Source: Octopus sinensis (lineage: Eukaryota). From it: a stretch of 25,338 bases of DNA. The first letter of the stretch is position 1. Each line of letters begins with the position of its first letter. The notes under the pieces are model-generated. The model was not told the origin of the DNA and ran no database searches. It saw only the letters and a list, made by a program, of their open reading frames with translations. Shown here piece after piece: positions 8,521-19,533 of this stretch. Location: the NCBI RefSeq assembly GCF_006345805.1, contig NW_021836096.1, positions 1 through 25,338 of the forward strand, in the 5' to 3' direction. The translations under genes and the position numbers were made by a program.

Positions 8521-11100
8521 TATTAGATAAAAGGATGCCAATATTTTTGACTCGATTCTTTCAAAGACAGCTGGTGATTTTAGCATTTATACGATAAAAA
8601 TGCAACAAGTAAAAATGAAACATTAAAACGAAGTGGTTTCAAGGAAAAAGGAAAAAAAACCATTCATTATAAAAAAAAATACTTATAATAAAAACAGACA
8701 AAAAAAAAGAAGGAAAGATAATTCTGAGGAAGAAGGATTAGAAAAGATGCTTTTCCAGTGCAATTATTTAGTGTTTGAAACTCAGGTATGTTGCTAAGTG
8801 TTACGTCAACCCTCACTCACTCAACAGACCAATAATCGAAGGCGCTCCAGTTTCCAATGAAACCCTTTCTGGATTATCTTCCTTAAACCGTCTTGCTAAA
8901 TGATAGAATCTGTACCTTGAAACGGGTACAAAAGCCTTCTTTTGTTCCGCGTCCGTTTACGAAGAGGACTGAGACACCACCTTTTAAATACCAACAGCGC
9001 TTCTTAAAGGAAATCCTCAACTGAGGAGAATGCAGCCGAACAGGCAACCGGAAAACCTTGATTCCTTTCGTCTGTTGGTTCAAGACCAAAGAATCTACAA
9101 AAGTGGCGCTATTTATTGTCGCAGACATATCTGATACTTTAATCTTTGCAACGGAAAGAGCTCCATTCTTTTCTTTTATTTTCTTATATTTTTACTGTTT
9201 CAAGCATTTCTGGTCTTGGTTGTCCTGGACTTAGCTTATAGTGATGGCGGACAGCCAGCTTCGTTCTCTTGAGCTGTCTCTTGAGCCAGGTGAGATGAGG
9301 CAAGGACTACAAGAGGTATACCAGAGATGCAGTGTGATACTACGATATATGTCTCTGGACATCAACATGCTCTGAAGCACGAGGCACACAGTTACGTTGC
9401 TGAATGCCATCTTTCTTCCGGTTCAAATATGACCAACGATGGTTGAATGGCTGAACTCCTGGGTCCGATGGAAATCCAGTTTTCAAATGCAGAGGGTCAC
9501 GAAACCTTCAAGAATTTCATCAAGGGTTTAACGTACTTTGGCTACTTTCAACTTGGTTTAAATAACCTGCAAAAGTGACGCAGACAGGTTTTGGAGTTAC
9601 GCACGAGAATCGGGAACCAGTTGCAGACTAGCTGTCCTGAAAAAGAATTAGCAATGTCACGTGACTCCACCCCCGCTCCCATTCTTTTGCCTCCAAGAAA
9701 AACAAAAAGGAAACTGTACGTTCCTGAAACCCGATCTCTCTTGGATGCAAAATATCACTTTGACAACTAAGGAAGGAGTAAAACCAAGGATGGAAACTTC
9801 TACGTGGACCATCAACATACTCCAGTTAGCAGCCACATGTGTCAACTGTCTTAAAAGAAAGGAGAGACACACACACAGGATGATTTCACGAAGAAAAACA
9901 GAAAGGGAGTCAGGACTGAAATACTTTTGGTCTGACAATTTAGGACTGACATGTGGCTAAAGAACATCAACATCAACACCAACAACAATAGTAACAGCAG
10001 CAGCAGCAGCAGCAACAGCACAAAGTAACAGATTTCCGTCAGTGAACGAAGGGGTTTAGTAGTGTTGGGTTTCAAAATGACATGATTTGGCTACACGTTA
10101 GGGAGACTGTAAGGAAGACACGTTTATGGGAGACAATTCAGAAGAAAAAAGGGAAAGAGAGAGAAAGAGAGAAAGAAAAGAAAGAAAAAACAAATAATGA
10201 TAAAAAAAAAAAGAGACACAGGAAGGAAAAGTGAGAAAAATGAAGAAAAATTAAGAGGAACGGAAACTAGTAAAACTCTAACATCAACAACAGAAATAGA
10301 AAACGAGAAAGAAAAGGAAAAAGAAAACAAGTACAAAGAGAAAGAAAGAAAGAAAGCGATAAAGAATTACGTGGCGGCAGCAGCGGCAGCAGACAGGTTT
10401 CTTGTCGGAGTGACGACTGACGTGGTGGAACAACTGTTTCGAATGTGAGAGTTTCATCATCTCTTCTTTGGTGGTGGAGAGCCACGACTTCAACACTAAC
10501 GTCGTGCCTACGTATATTTGGGTGTATTTATGAGTGTGTGTGTGTGTGTTGTGTGTGTGGGGGGTGGGGTGGGGGTGATGGCTGTGTGTGCAGCCAAGAA
10601 AGGGAAAAACTGAATTTGGGGCTTTTTCTGCTCCAATTCAATGGCTGATGAGATGACAGAAGTTAAACTTAGAAATGTCTTCTAAATGTCTTCATGATAT
10701 ATATATATATATATATGCACGTATGTGTACATATACAAACACACACACACACACACACACACATTTGAAAAATAATGTTTGTTAACTTTCTGGAACGCAA
10801 AGTTTCTTGTTTGCGAAAAGAAAACAATTTTTCAACTAAACTTAAAATAACAAATCATACTCCGCCATTACAGTCAGAGAGGATTTCATTTGAGATCTCA
10901 GATAACTTCAGGCGTAACGTCATCAGTGCAGTTAGCTTTTCATACATGGAGATATAAGATTGCAAAAATTGCTAATTTTTGTCAATATGAAACCTTGGGT
11001 CCCAGAAAGTGAACACATAAATTCTATTAAAAAAACAATACTAGCAATCCACTATTCCTGTATTAAATACTCATTCTTCTACTACGTTACCAACGTGTGC

Positions 11101-11102
<2 letters not shown>

Positions 11103-11184
<82 letters not shown>

Positions 11185-11257
11185 ATATATATATGTATAT
11201 ATATATGTATATATATATATATATATATATGAATATATATATGTATATATACATATA
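11103..11257. repeat. (TA)n microsatellite
   Basis: Directly visible. Confidence 0.95.
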
Positions 11258-12127
11258 TAAAAGATAAGTTATGATTTATTTTAAGTAATATTGTTAAATT
11301 TTATTCGATTATTTATTGTTAAAACACGTATTTTTCTATATTTATTAATTATATAAGTTAAGATAAGCATATATACACAAATACATACGCGCACACACAC
11401 ACATACACACACACATATACATACATACACGCGCGTGCGCACACACACGTACACATATGTAAGACATAAAATTTATATTTTCCAATAATATTTCAATCGG
11501 ACATATATTGGTTTCTATAACTTCCGCTGAATCATGACCTGACTCCTATTAATCCTGAGTCGACATGACCCCTACTATTTCTGTAGGGCTGCAAATGCTC
11601 TAGATAACAAAGCAAAAAAAGAAAACGAAAAAATAAATAAAAATTCCTAAAAAGCAAACCTGGACTTGACCGCATTTGATCGTTGGTCCTCGCAACCAGT
11701 GTCAACCTGGGGACTGGGTAGAGCGCCAAACAATAACAATTTACACTAAATTATAAAATATCATTTCAAGTAATTTTTTCATTCAAATGTGTTACATAAA
11801 ATTACTTCCGTTGGATAGCAAAAAGACTTCCGGTCGATTGCATGAATGCCTGCAGTGAAGGGCAAAATACTTATAATCTGTAATATTGCACAGACAGGGT
11901 TAACATTGTCGACCACGATAACCTTAACTTTCGACGGTTTCCTGTTGCAAATGCCATTTCTGTGAGAATTCTATCCATTTTAGATTTACAAGTTTTATAT
12001 CAACAATGCACTTGAGAATTGGGAACAACGAAAAATACAACTGTTTATTGTTGTTATTGCTGCTGCTGTTGTTGTTGTTGTTGTTGTTGTTGTTGTGCCT
12101 GGATTATCAGAGATTATTATGTAATCT

Positions 12128-12540
12128 CCGCATGTGTAGTTAAGAAAGATCCCCTTGCAACCGCGTGTTTTTGGAGTTAAGTCCCACTGTGAGACACCTT
12201 GGCAAGTGTCTTCTACTTTAGTCCCGGGTCGATTAAGGATTTGTGAGTGAATATTGTTGACAGAAACCGTATGGAAGCCTACCATATATAAATATATATG
12301 CATGTGCGTGCGTGTGTGCGCGTGTGTGTGTGTCTGCGTTTGTGTTTATATCCCTTCTGAGTGACAGCCGGTGTTGGTCTGTTTAAGTCCCAAAACTTAG
12401 TGGTTCAGTAAAAGAAACCAATAGAAGTAGTAGACATTCAAAAATTATTCCTTGGTCGATTTGTTCTGGTAAAATCGTTCAATGCAGTGCACTAACATGG
12501 CCGCAGTCCAATAACTGAAACCAGTAAAAGACAAAAGGAG
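12128..12540 (+). mobile_element. tRNA-derived SINE, family B
   Basis: Colinear with 16397-16768: agtcccactg, caccttggcaagtgtcttcta, gaagcc-(TA/GT), ggtcgatttgttc, catggccgcagt tail. Confidence 0.85.
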
Positions 12541-13079
12541 TAAAAATATCTGGGGTTCACCAATATTGAGAGATAAGCGACATCGGTTAAAACATGGTTA
12601 CGAACATCCCGAGCCTTGGAGAGAAATTTTGGAAGGCGGAACGAGGCCTCCTCCCCCCGGTAGTAATTTACTCGCCATTCCTTGGATCTCCTGGCTCTGG
12701 ACCGACCGAAAGCCACTCTCGTAGGCCATGAATCTATCTAAAAGATCTACATCCCGGGTTTATCGAAGATTACATGATGTGATACCAGTATTGAGACAGA
12801 AATCACACAGAGTACAACACGAATCCAAGGTTTGTCAAGTAAAAGAGTGATTTACAAAATGATAAATTCCAGCCTCAAAGAAATTTGTAAGATTCCACCT
12901 CCTCTTTATTAACGAAAAGACAAAACGGGCTTTTCCTTGAGCCCTAGGATTCACAAGCCCGGTTACCTGGCTTCCATTGTGTATAGGTGACCGAGTTCAC
13001 CACGTTCTCCCTAAACGAGACGCCGGTTCGTTGCAGGGGTCAGTATCGAGGAGAAGGGAACAGTTGATTGCATCATACC

Positions 13080-13189
13080 TAGTACCAGTCAATCGGAAGG
13101 GATGGAATGAAAAGGTGACGTCAGAAGCTAAAGAACCGGAAGAAACGCAGCTAAGCATTTTGTCCGACGTGCTGATAACTTAGCTCGCC
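13080..13189 (-). mobile_element. SINE, family C
   Basis: The reverse complement ggcgagct..agcacgtcggacaaaatgcttagc aligns to 24016-24155. Confidence 0.7.
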
Positions 13190-13667
13190 ATAAACTAGAT
13201 TTCACATAACAATTTGTAGGCCTTCTTTTCATTCCTCCCGGATTAGCTCAAGGGCCCTGCCATCTCTCTGAGAACTACAGGTGTTAATATACCTTGGGAT
13301 TGTTTGAGAGAGGACGTGACAAAGGAATTGTATAACACGAGTCACACTCATTGTGTCATACACAGCAGAATACCTCACCTAACTAGGACTTGTTTTTTTA
13401 GGCTTTCCATAGCAGAATACAGCTTTATTGCGGCTTTTAAATCACCAGAACATAGTATTATGGTATTTTTTAAGGACTGCAACTATGTTAGGTACTACCT
13501 TTCCAAAGATTCTAGTCCTTAGTATCGACCGCAGTTCTTTATCTGCTGCTTAATTCATCGTTCTCTATCGAATGGCCAATTTAGCCTTAAAGAAACGCGA
13601 CAGATTAAGCACCACAACATCTTCATATCCGACGCACCTGTTTACACACACACACACAAATGTGTGT

Positions 13668-13915
13668 GAAGGTGCGTGGCCGAGTGGCAAATGTGTTACA
13701 CTCACGATCGCTAGTTCGTGAGTCCGATTCCCCGACCGGAGCGGCACGTTGCGTTCTTGAACAAAACACTTCATTTCACGTTACTCCAGTCCGCTCAGCT
13801 GTTAATGGACCACCTCCGCGATCGACTAGCCTTCCGATCAGCGGGGTAGTATCATTCGAAAGTTTAAACGATTGAAAGTGCATTGTGACCAGCGATGTAA
13901 AACACGATCACATGA
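13668..13915 (+). mobile_element. tRNA-derived SINE, family A
   Basis: gtggccgagtgg A-box, gtgagtccgattccc B-box-like, and core ttcttgaacaaaacacttcatttcacgttactccagtccgctcagctg. Confidence 0.8.
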
Positions 13916-13998
13916 TATGTATGCATGTATATATATATATATATAATATATATATATAGATATGTATACACACACATATATATGCATATATATATATA

Positions 13999-14041
<43 letters not shown>

Positions 14042-14042
14042 C

Positions 14043-14200
14043 CAGCAATCACGTCGGCGGGAAAGGAATTCCAGTGGGTTGATATTCTAAGGAGAAGGAC
14101 TGAGCGAAGTAGTTTAAACCCAAAACGTTTACTATTTCAACTGTAGTCATAGTAACCAGATTTGATGAGGAGAAACAGCCTCAATGGAGGACCGACCATT
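14043..14200 (-). mobile_element. CR1/L2-group LINE 3' remnant
   Basis: Minus translation [30 protein letters not shown] fits the terminal R..FFS.RV...WN.LP..VV motif of ORF2. Confidence 0.65.
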
Positions 14201-14284
14201 CATTAGATCCATCCTCAATCTCTCTAGGAAAATGTACATATAAATTGCATAGAATATAAAACAGTAGCATCACGCCTTACCCAC

Positions 14285-14480
14285 AGGCCACACCCATAGA
14301 CCACGCCCATCGATCGCACCCACAAATCACATCTACAGACGATAAACACAGGCCACACTCACTGAACTACACCCATAGACCATGCCCAGAGAGCACACCC
14401 AGAGACTACACTCACAGATCACGCCCAAAGACCACGCCCAGAGGCCACACCCATAGACCACACCCATAGATAACACCCAG
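14285..14480 (+). repeat. 13-bp minisatellite, 15 units, consensus AGACCACRCCCAB
   Basis: Units were phased manually; one unit is 14 bp. Confidence 0.92.
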
Positions 14481-14534
14481 ATCAAACCAAATTGTTATTC
14501 GGTCGATTAGTTTCCAAGTCGAACAGGCTTAAGC

Positions 14535-14567
14535 ACTACAACAGCAACTACAACAACAACAACAGGA

Positions 14568-14622
<55 letters not shown>

Positions 14623-14749
14623 ATAATAATAATAATAATATTACTACTACTACCACTACTACTAGTACAACTACTATTACTACCACTACAACTGCTGCTG
14701 CTGCTGCTACTACTACTACCACTACGACTACAACTGCTACTGCAGCTAT

Positions 14750-14793
<44 letters not shown>

Positions 14794-15140
14794 TCACCAT
14801 CGCCAACACCACTGCTTCTGTAACTACTACCACTACCACCACAGTCATTATCACCACCACTGCCACTACCTCTACGACGACGATGACCACCATTACCACT
14901 ACTACTACTACTACTACTACAACTACTACTACTACTACTGCTGCAGCTGCTGCTGCTGCTACTGCTACTACTATCGCCACCACCACCACCACCGCCGCTA
15001 ATACTGTTACTACCACCTACACCACTACCACCACCACTACCGCCACCACCGTTACTACTGTTACCACCACCACCATTACCACCACCACCATCACCACCAC
15101 TATTACTACTGCTACTACTACTGCTGCTGCTGCTGCTACC
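14535..15140. repeat. Mosaic trinucleotide tract (ACT/AAT/ACC/GCT)
   Basis: Directly visible. It explains the poly-V/S/T ORFs. Confidence 0.95.
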
Positions 15141-15199
15141 GTTACATGGCTCGTTGGATAATGTCATTTTCTATGGATGTCTTTTAAAAAGACCAGAAA

Positions 15200-15375
15200 A
15201 TACAGGTGTTTGATCATAGGTTTGCTGGTTCAGAACTGGCCGAGGGTTAAAGAAACACCGCCAACGGCTGCGCAGCGACGAAAATATACTCACAGAGTTA
15301 GGTTGCTTATACTTAAGACAGTCTTGATCGAGTAGACGTATTTATGATCAATGGCATGCCAGCCGTGACCACTCT
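15200..15375. repeat. Two inverted copies of a retroposon tail module D
   Basis: tttgatcataggtttgctggttcag (15208, +) faces ttgatcgagtagacg..atgatcaatggcatgccagccgtgacc (15322, -). Further copies lie at about 15862-15925, 16095-16160 and 24207-24280. Confidence 0.6.
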
Positions 15376-15404
15376 CTCTGAATGGTTTCTAAGTAACCGA
15401 AATC

Positions 15405-15522
15405 GCAACATTGTCCCATTTACAGAGTGAAATGAAGTGTCTTGTTCAAGAATACAACTCCCCCTTCGGTCCGGGAATCGAAACCATGGTCTTGAGATCG
15501 CGTGGCTACTAGGCCACGTGAC
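15405..15522 (-). mobile_element. tRNA-derived SINE, family A
   Basis: Reverse complement cacgtggcctagtag..ggtttcgattcccggacc..ttcttgaacaagacacttcatttcac. Confidence 0.8.
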
Positions 15523-15655
15523 TTTACCAATCTGGAAAGGGCGAAAGGAAATGTTGACCCCTGGTGGTTTTGAACTGAGCGTTCTGACAGCTGGAGCCAA
15601 TTCCGCAACGGGCGACTTGTTCGACACCCTAATGACTTTGCTAATTCGCCCTTAT
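15523..15655 (-). mobile_element. SINE, family C (diverged)
   Basis: Reverse complement ggcgaattagcaaagtc..cagttcaaaaccaccaggggtcaacatttcctttc aligns loosely to 24016-24155. Confidence 0.55.
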
Positions 15656-16396
15656 TAGATTAATGTAAAAAAGAAGGAAAGGAGTGGCCGGCATGGGAGG
15701 AATGAGGATCAGGACAACCGATTCTGTCTAACAAAGAGTGAGATTGGTTTGGTACTCTGAGTTTCTGATCCTCATATACACTACAGTGAGTTATCATACA
15801 AGCTAAGGCGGTGCCGGTGATGGTGATGAGAGTAATGTACTGCCAAGTTGTATTTTTTAGTCCCAAGTTAATTCTGAGTGAACAGACCTATCATCAAATA
15901 CGTTCCATCCACGACCATCTCACATTTATCTTACGCATTAAATAATCCAAGGTATATTTCCAGCATACCTATAGCTTTTTATTTTGCTTGCTAATGTGTG
16001 ACATAGAATAGATTTCTTTACAGTTGTTTCGAACAAGTCAAACAGAATGTAAAGGCTCCCTCATTGATTGGTTTTCAATGATGTCTTTGTTGTTGTTGCT
16101 GCTGTTGCTTAGCCCAAGGTCAGTTTTGACCATTCCAGCCTCGAACATCTCACCCTTCTCTGGGGTATTAAGCGCCTAGGACTACATTATTCGCCATGTC
16201 CTCCTCATACACCGCACTTTTGCTTTATATGGCAGGGTGTGTAATTTAATGGAAACTTCATGGCTGCTTTTTCTAGCAGATCGTCTGACTACGTAGAAGC
16301 TTTCCCAGATCATAGAAATCATTCATTAAAGAAAGAAAACCAGAAAGAAAGATTGAATGAAAGTTGAAGGAAAGATGAATAAAAGATAAATGAGCA

Positions 16397-16768
16397 GAGA
16401 GGTAGCTGTGTGGTAAGTAGTTTGTTTCCAAACTACATGGTTTTGGGTTCAGTCCCATTGCATAGCACCTTGGGCAAATGTCTTCTTCTACAGCCTCGGA
16501 CCGATAAAAGTTTTGAGTGGATTTGGTCAACGGAAACTGAAAGAAGCCTGTCGTATATCAATATATATGCATATATCTATGAGGTTTCTGCTTGTGCCCA
16601 CTCCCACCGCTTGACAACCGGTATTTGTTTGTTTACATCTCCGTAAATTAGCGACTCGGCAAAAGTACCAGATTTCAAAGAATATAAGTGCAGGAGTCGA
16701 TTTGTTCGACTAAACCCTTGAAGGCAGTGCCCCAGTATGGCCGCAGTGACTGAAGCAAAAGAAAAAAA
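16397..16768 (+). mobile_element. tRNA-derived SINE, family B
   Basis: agctgtgtggtaag A-box, gggttcagtccc B-box, gcaccttgggcaaatgtcttc core, and ggcagtgccccagtatggccgcagt tail. Confidence 0.88.
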
Positions 16769-16944
16769 GTCTTCCCTCCTCTTCACTGCTGAAGGTGAAA
16801 GTAACCTCCACCCTGACCCCCCACCCGCACAAAGAAAAAAAAACAAGAAGGAAAACCAAAAGAAATGGTAATTGTGGGAGGAGATTTTTTGAGGAAGGTT
16901 GAGTGACGGCGAAGAGCGGAGTTAGCCGAAGATGTGCGGAGTTG

Positions 16945-17082
16945 AAGTGACACTTAATGATAATTAATAATAGCTGCCGGGTGACACCTAATGATAGCTT
17001 CAGACTCATAAATCTCGGCCACAGATACTGACTGACACGAGCTCTTCCCACAAACTGACACCAGTTACTTCTGTTGTGGGAG
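16945..17082. promoter_or_regulatory. Candidate enhancer: clustered TGACAC, TAAT and CSL-like motifs
   Basis: A 16-bp direct repeat gtgacacYtaatgata (16947, 16981), four TGACAC copies, and TAATTAAT, CATAAA and TTCCCAC motifs. Motif evidence only. Confidence 0.35.
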
Positions 17083-17179
17083 GAAGGGGAAGGGTGGGGG
17101 GGTCGCAGAGGGGGGGATGCCGAGGTGGTAAACATGAAGTTTAAGGGGGGTGGGGTGGCAAGGAGACTGCGGTAGCGGC

Positions 17180-17462
17180 GATGAGAGTGGTGGTGGTGGT
17201 GGTGGTGGACGCGGTGGTAGTGGTAGTTACTACGATGATGATGATGTTGACAGTGCTGGTGTTGATGGCGGGTGGGGAGCGGGGTGAGGTAATAATGATG
17301 ATGGTGGTGGTGATGATGATGATGATGATGATTAGGACAGTGATGATGGTAACAGTTATGATGAGAGGGATGATGGCTATGATGATGATGATGATGATGG
17401 TGATGACGATGATGATGATGATGGTAGTAGTGGTGATGGTGGTGGTGGTGGTCGTCGTCGTA
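17180..17462. repeat. Mosaic trinucleotide tract (GGT/GAT)
   Basis: Directly visible. It explains the poly-H/M/V ORFs. Confidence 0.95.
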
Positions 17463-18199
17463 AACTGGTGTGAGTATGAAGAGATTATCAGTGGAAATAA
17501 TGTGAGAGACGGGATGCCACCCCGCCAGGCGATCCCTACCCTCGTCCCCACTCATTCAGCATTAAAAAAATAAAAAAATAAATCAATAATGATAATGAAA
17601 AAAAAAACACGTACAAAAAACTGTGTATTTCCAGTTCGTCTCCTCCCAAGAACCCCTACCAACTTAACTAACCTTCAAATTACCCATTGGAGTTAGGGTG
17701 TAGAGGGAGACGGGGATGAGGCCCCTATCTTATAATTCCAGAAGATGAAAAGCAGAAAATGAAAATGAATTCTCCCCATCTCCCAGAGAGAAGGCAAAGA
17801 CTGGAAGAATTGACCAAAGTACATCTCCTCCTCCTCTTCCCGCCTCCTTCCCTCTTCCTTCTCTTCCCCATCTCTGTCTCACTCTCTCTCTCTCTCCCTC
17901 TTCCTCTCTCTCTCTCTCTAGAGATGCACACACACATACACATATATACACTGATACACATGCGCATACTTGTATTCATATATAAACGTGTATAAGATCT
18001 ATGCATATATGTGTGTATATGTACATATACATGTGTACGTGTGCGTGTGTGAATATATGTGTGTGCGTGTGTGTGTGTGCGTGTGTATATATATATATAT
18101 ATTGTGTGTGTGTGTATATATATATATGTACCTTCTTGGAGATTTTAGGTAAAGTTATACTAATGTGTCCATCTGTTTTAATTTAATTACATTCTATGT

Positions 18200-18402
18200 C
18201 TTTATGCAGCTGAGGATTGCTCTGTATTTAAATTGATGTAATGGTTTCATTGTTCAATTAAATGGAGTTGCTTGAAACGATCGTACTGCATTACCTCTGG
18301 ATATCTTAGCTGCTTATTTTGATTTTAATCACCTTATTTTGAAATTGTATGAATAATACCGTACTAAATTTTGGTAACTTAAGTACCATATACATCTGAA
18401 TC
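18200..18402 (+). mobile_element. Hammerhead-bearing short repeat (Penelope pLTR-like), diverged copy
   Basis: Colinear with the reverse complement of 1486-1690. It ends in catctgaatc followed by (TA)n. Confidence 0.7.
18204..18291 (+). ncRNA. Type I hammerhead ribozyme motif
   Basis: Stem I AUGCAG(18204-09)/CUGCAU(18286-91), CUGAGGA (18210-16), GAAA (18274-77), stem III ACGAUCGU palindrome, and GUA triplet (18283-85). The base of stem II is weak. Confidence 0.72.
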
Positions 18403-18639
18403 ATATATATATATATATATATATATTTACAACCCTACATATGCACACACATATGCATGTAGGCTTGGTTGTACAGACAGGATAAATAGAACCCAAAGCA
18501 TAAAACTTGTTAATCGCCAAAAATCGCAAAATAAATCAAGAGTGGAAAGTATTAAAATTTGGTAAGCGCCATGCAAGCCTGAAACCCTCGGCTCTTGTGT
18601 CATATTGTAACTTCTACGATTGTAAAAGAAAAAGCTTAA

Positions 18640-18652
18640 ACACACACGCACG

Positions 18653-18710
<58 letters not shown>
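18640..18710. repeat. (CA)n microsatellite
   Basis: Directly visible. Confidence 0.95.
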
Positions 18711-18712
<2 letters not shown>

Positions 18713-19256
18713 GATTACTTCATCTTCACAGATGATTGCCGTCACTTTGTGCTTCCTCTTTTATATAGATGTTACTCAGACACTCAACTAAGAGTCCACT
18801 GCATCTCGTAGCTGAAACAGCTGCAAGCCAATGGAATTCATAACATAACCATTGTTTTTCCTGCGTCATCTCTTTTTCTAATATATGTTTATATATATAT
18901 AAATATACTGATATATATATATATATACTTATGTATGTATATGAATACATTTATGCACACATACAAACCCCCCACACACGCTCACACAGACAAGGCATAC
19001 CTCATGTGGGAATCCTTATCAAATAATTGGCGAATTCAAACAAGTCCCTAATTTCCTTTCTCTTTTAGTGCCCTTCTTTTATTCTCCTATTATCTTCCCT
19101 TGTCACTTTTATCTTGTCTCGGGTGCATGGGTGTATGGGATGATGTCGAAGAGTAGTACCCGAAGCACTCTTCTAGTGCCGGTGGATGGAGGTGCGTGTG
19201 CCAGTATGCCATCCTACAGTTTGATGAGCTATTAGCATATGTATATGCATATGCAC

Positions 19257-19334
<78 letters not shown>

Positions 19335-19497
19335 TGTGTGTGTGTGTATGTATACGACGGACTTGTTTCAGTTTTCGTCCTCTAAAACCATTGATACCTT
19401 TCCGAATATATGTAGATATATGCGTCTATGTGTATCTCTCTCTCTCTCTTTACCTATCTATCTGTATAGATAGCTACACACACACACACACACACAC

Positions 19498-19533
<36 letters not shown>

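Noticed and set aside
9200-9500. Possible LINE remnant (LSLE..R..L.EVY on the plus strand)
   Set aside because: Only scattered residues match and alternative readings are equally weak. It needs an HMM search.
9830-9959. 10-bp inverted repeat AGCCACATGT/ACATGTGGCT containing E-boxes
   Set aside because: It is short, the arms are about 110 bp apart, and there is no supporting inner pairing. It is plausible by chance.
10644-10680. CTGATGAG..GAAA motif
   Set aside because: No stem II closing onto GAAA and no stem I or III pairing.
12600-12870. Possible RTE-type RT remnant on the minus strand (NLGFVL, VAFGR)
   Set aside because: Two short motif resemblances without consistent spacing are not enough support.
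14507-17573. Long ORFs of 130-281 aa (poly-V, S/G, T, H, M)
   Set aside because: They are translations of trinucleotide tracts that are open in several frames on both strands, with no domain content.
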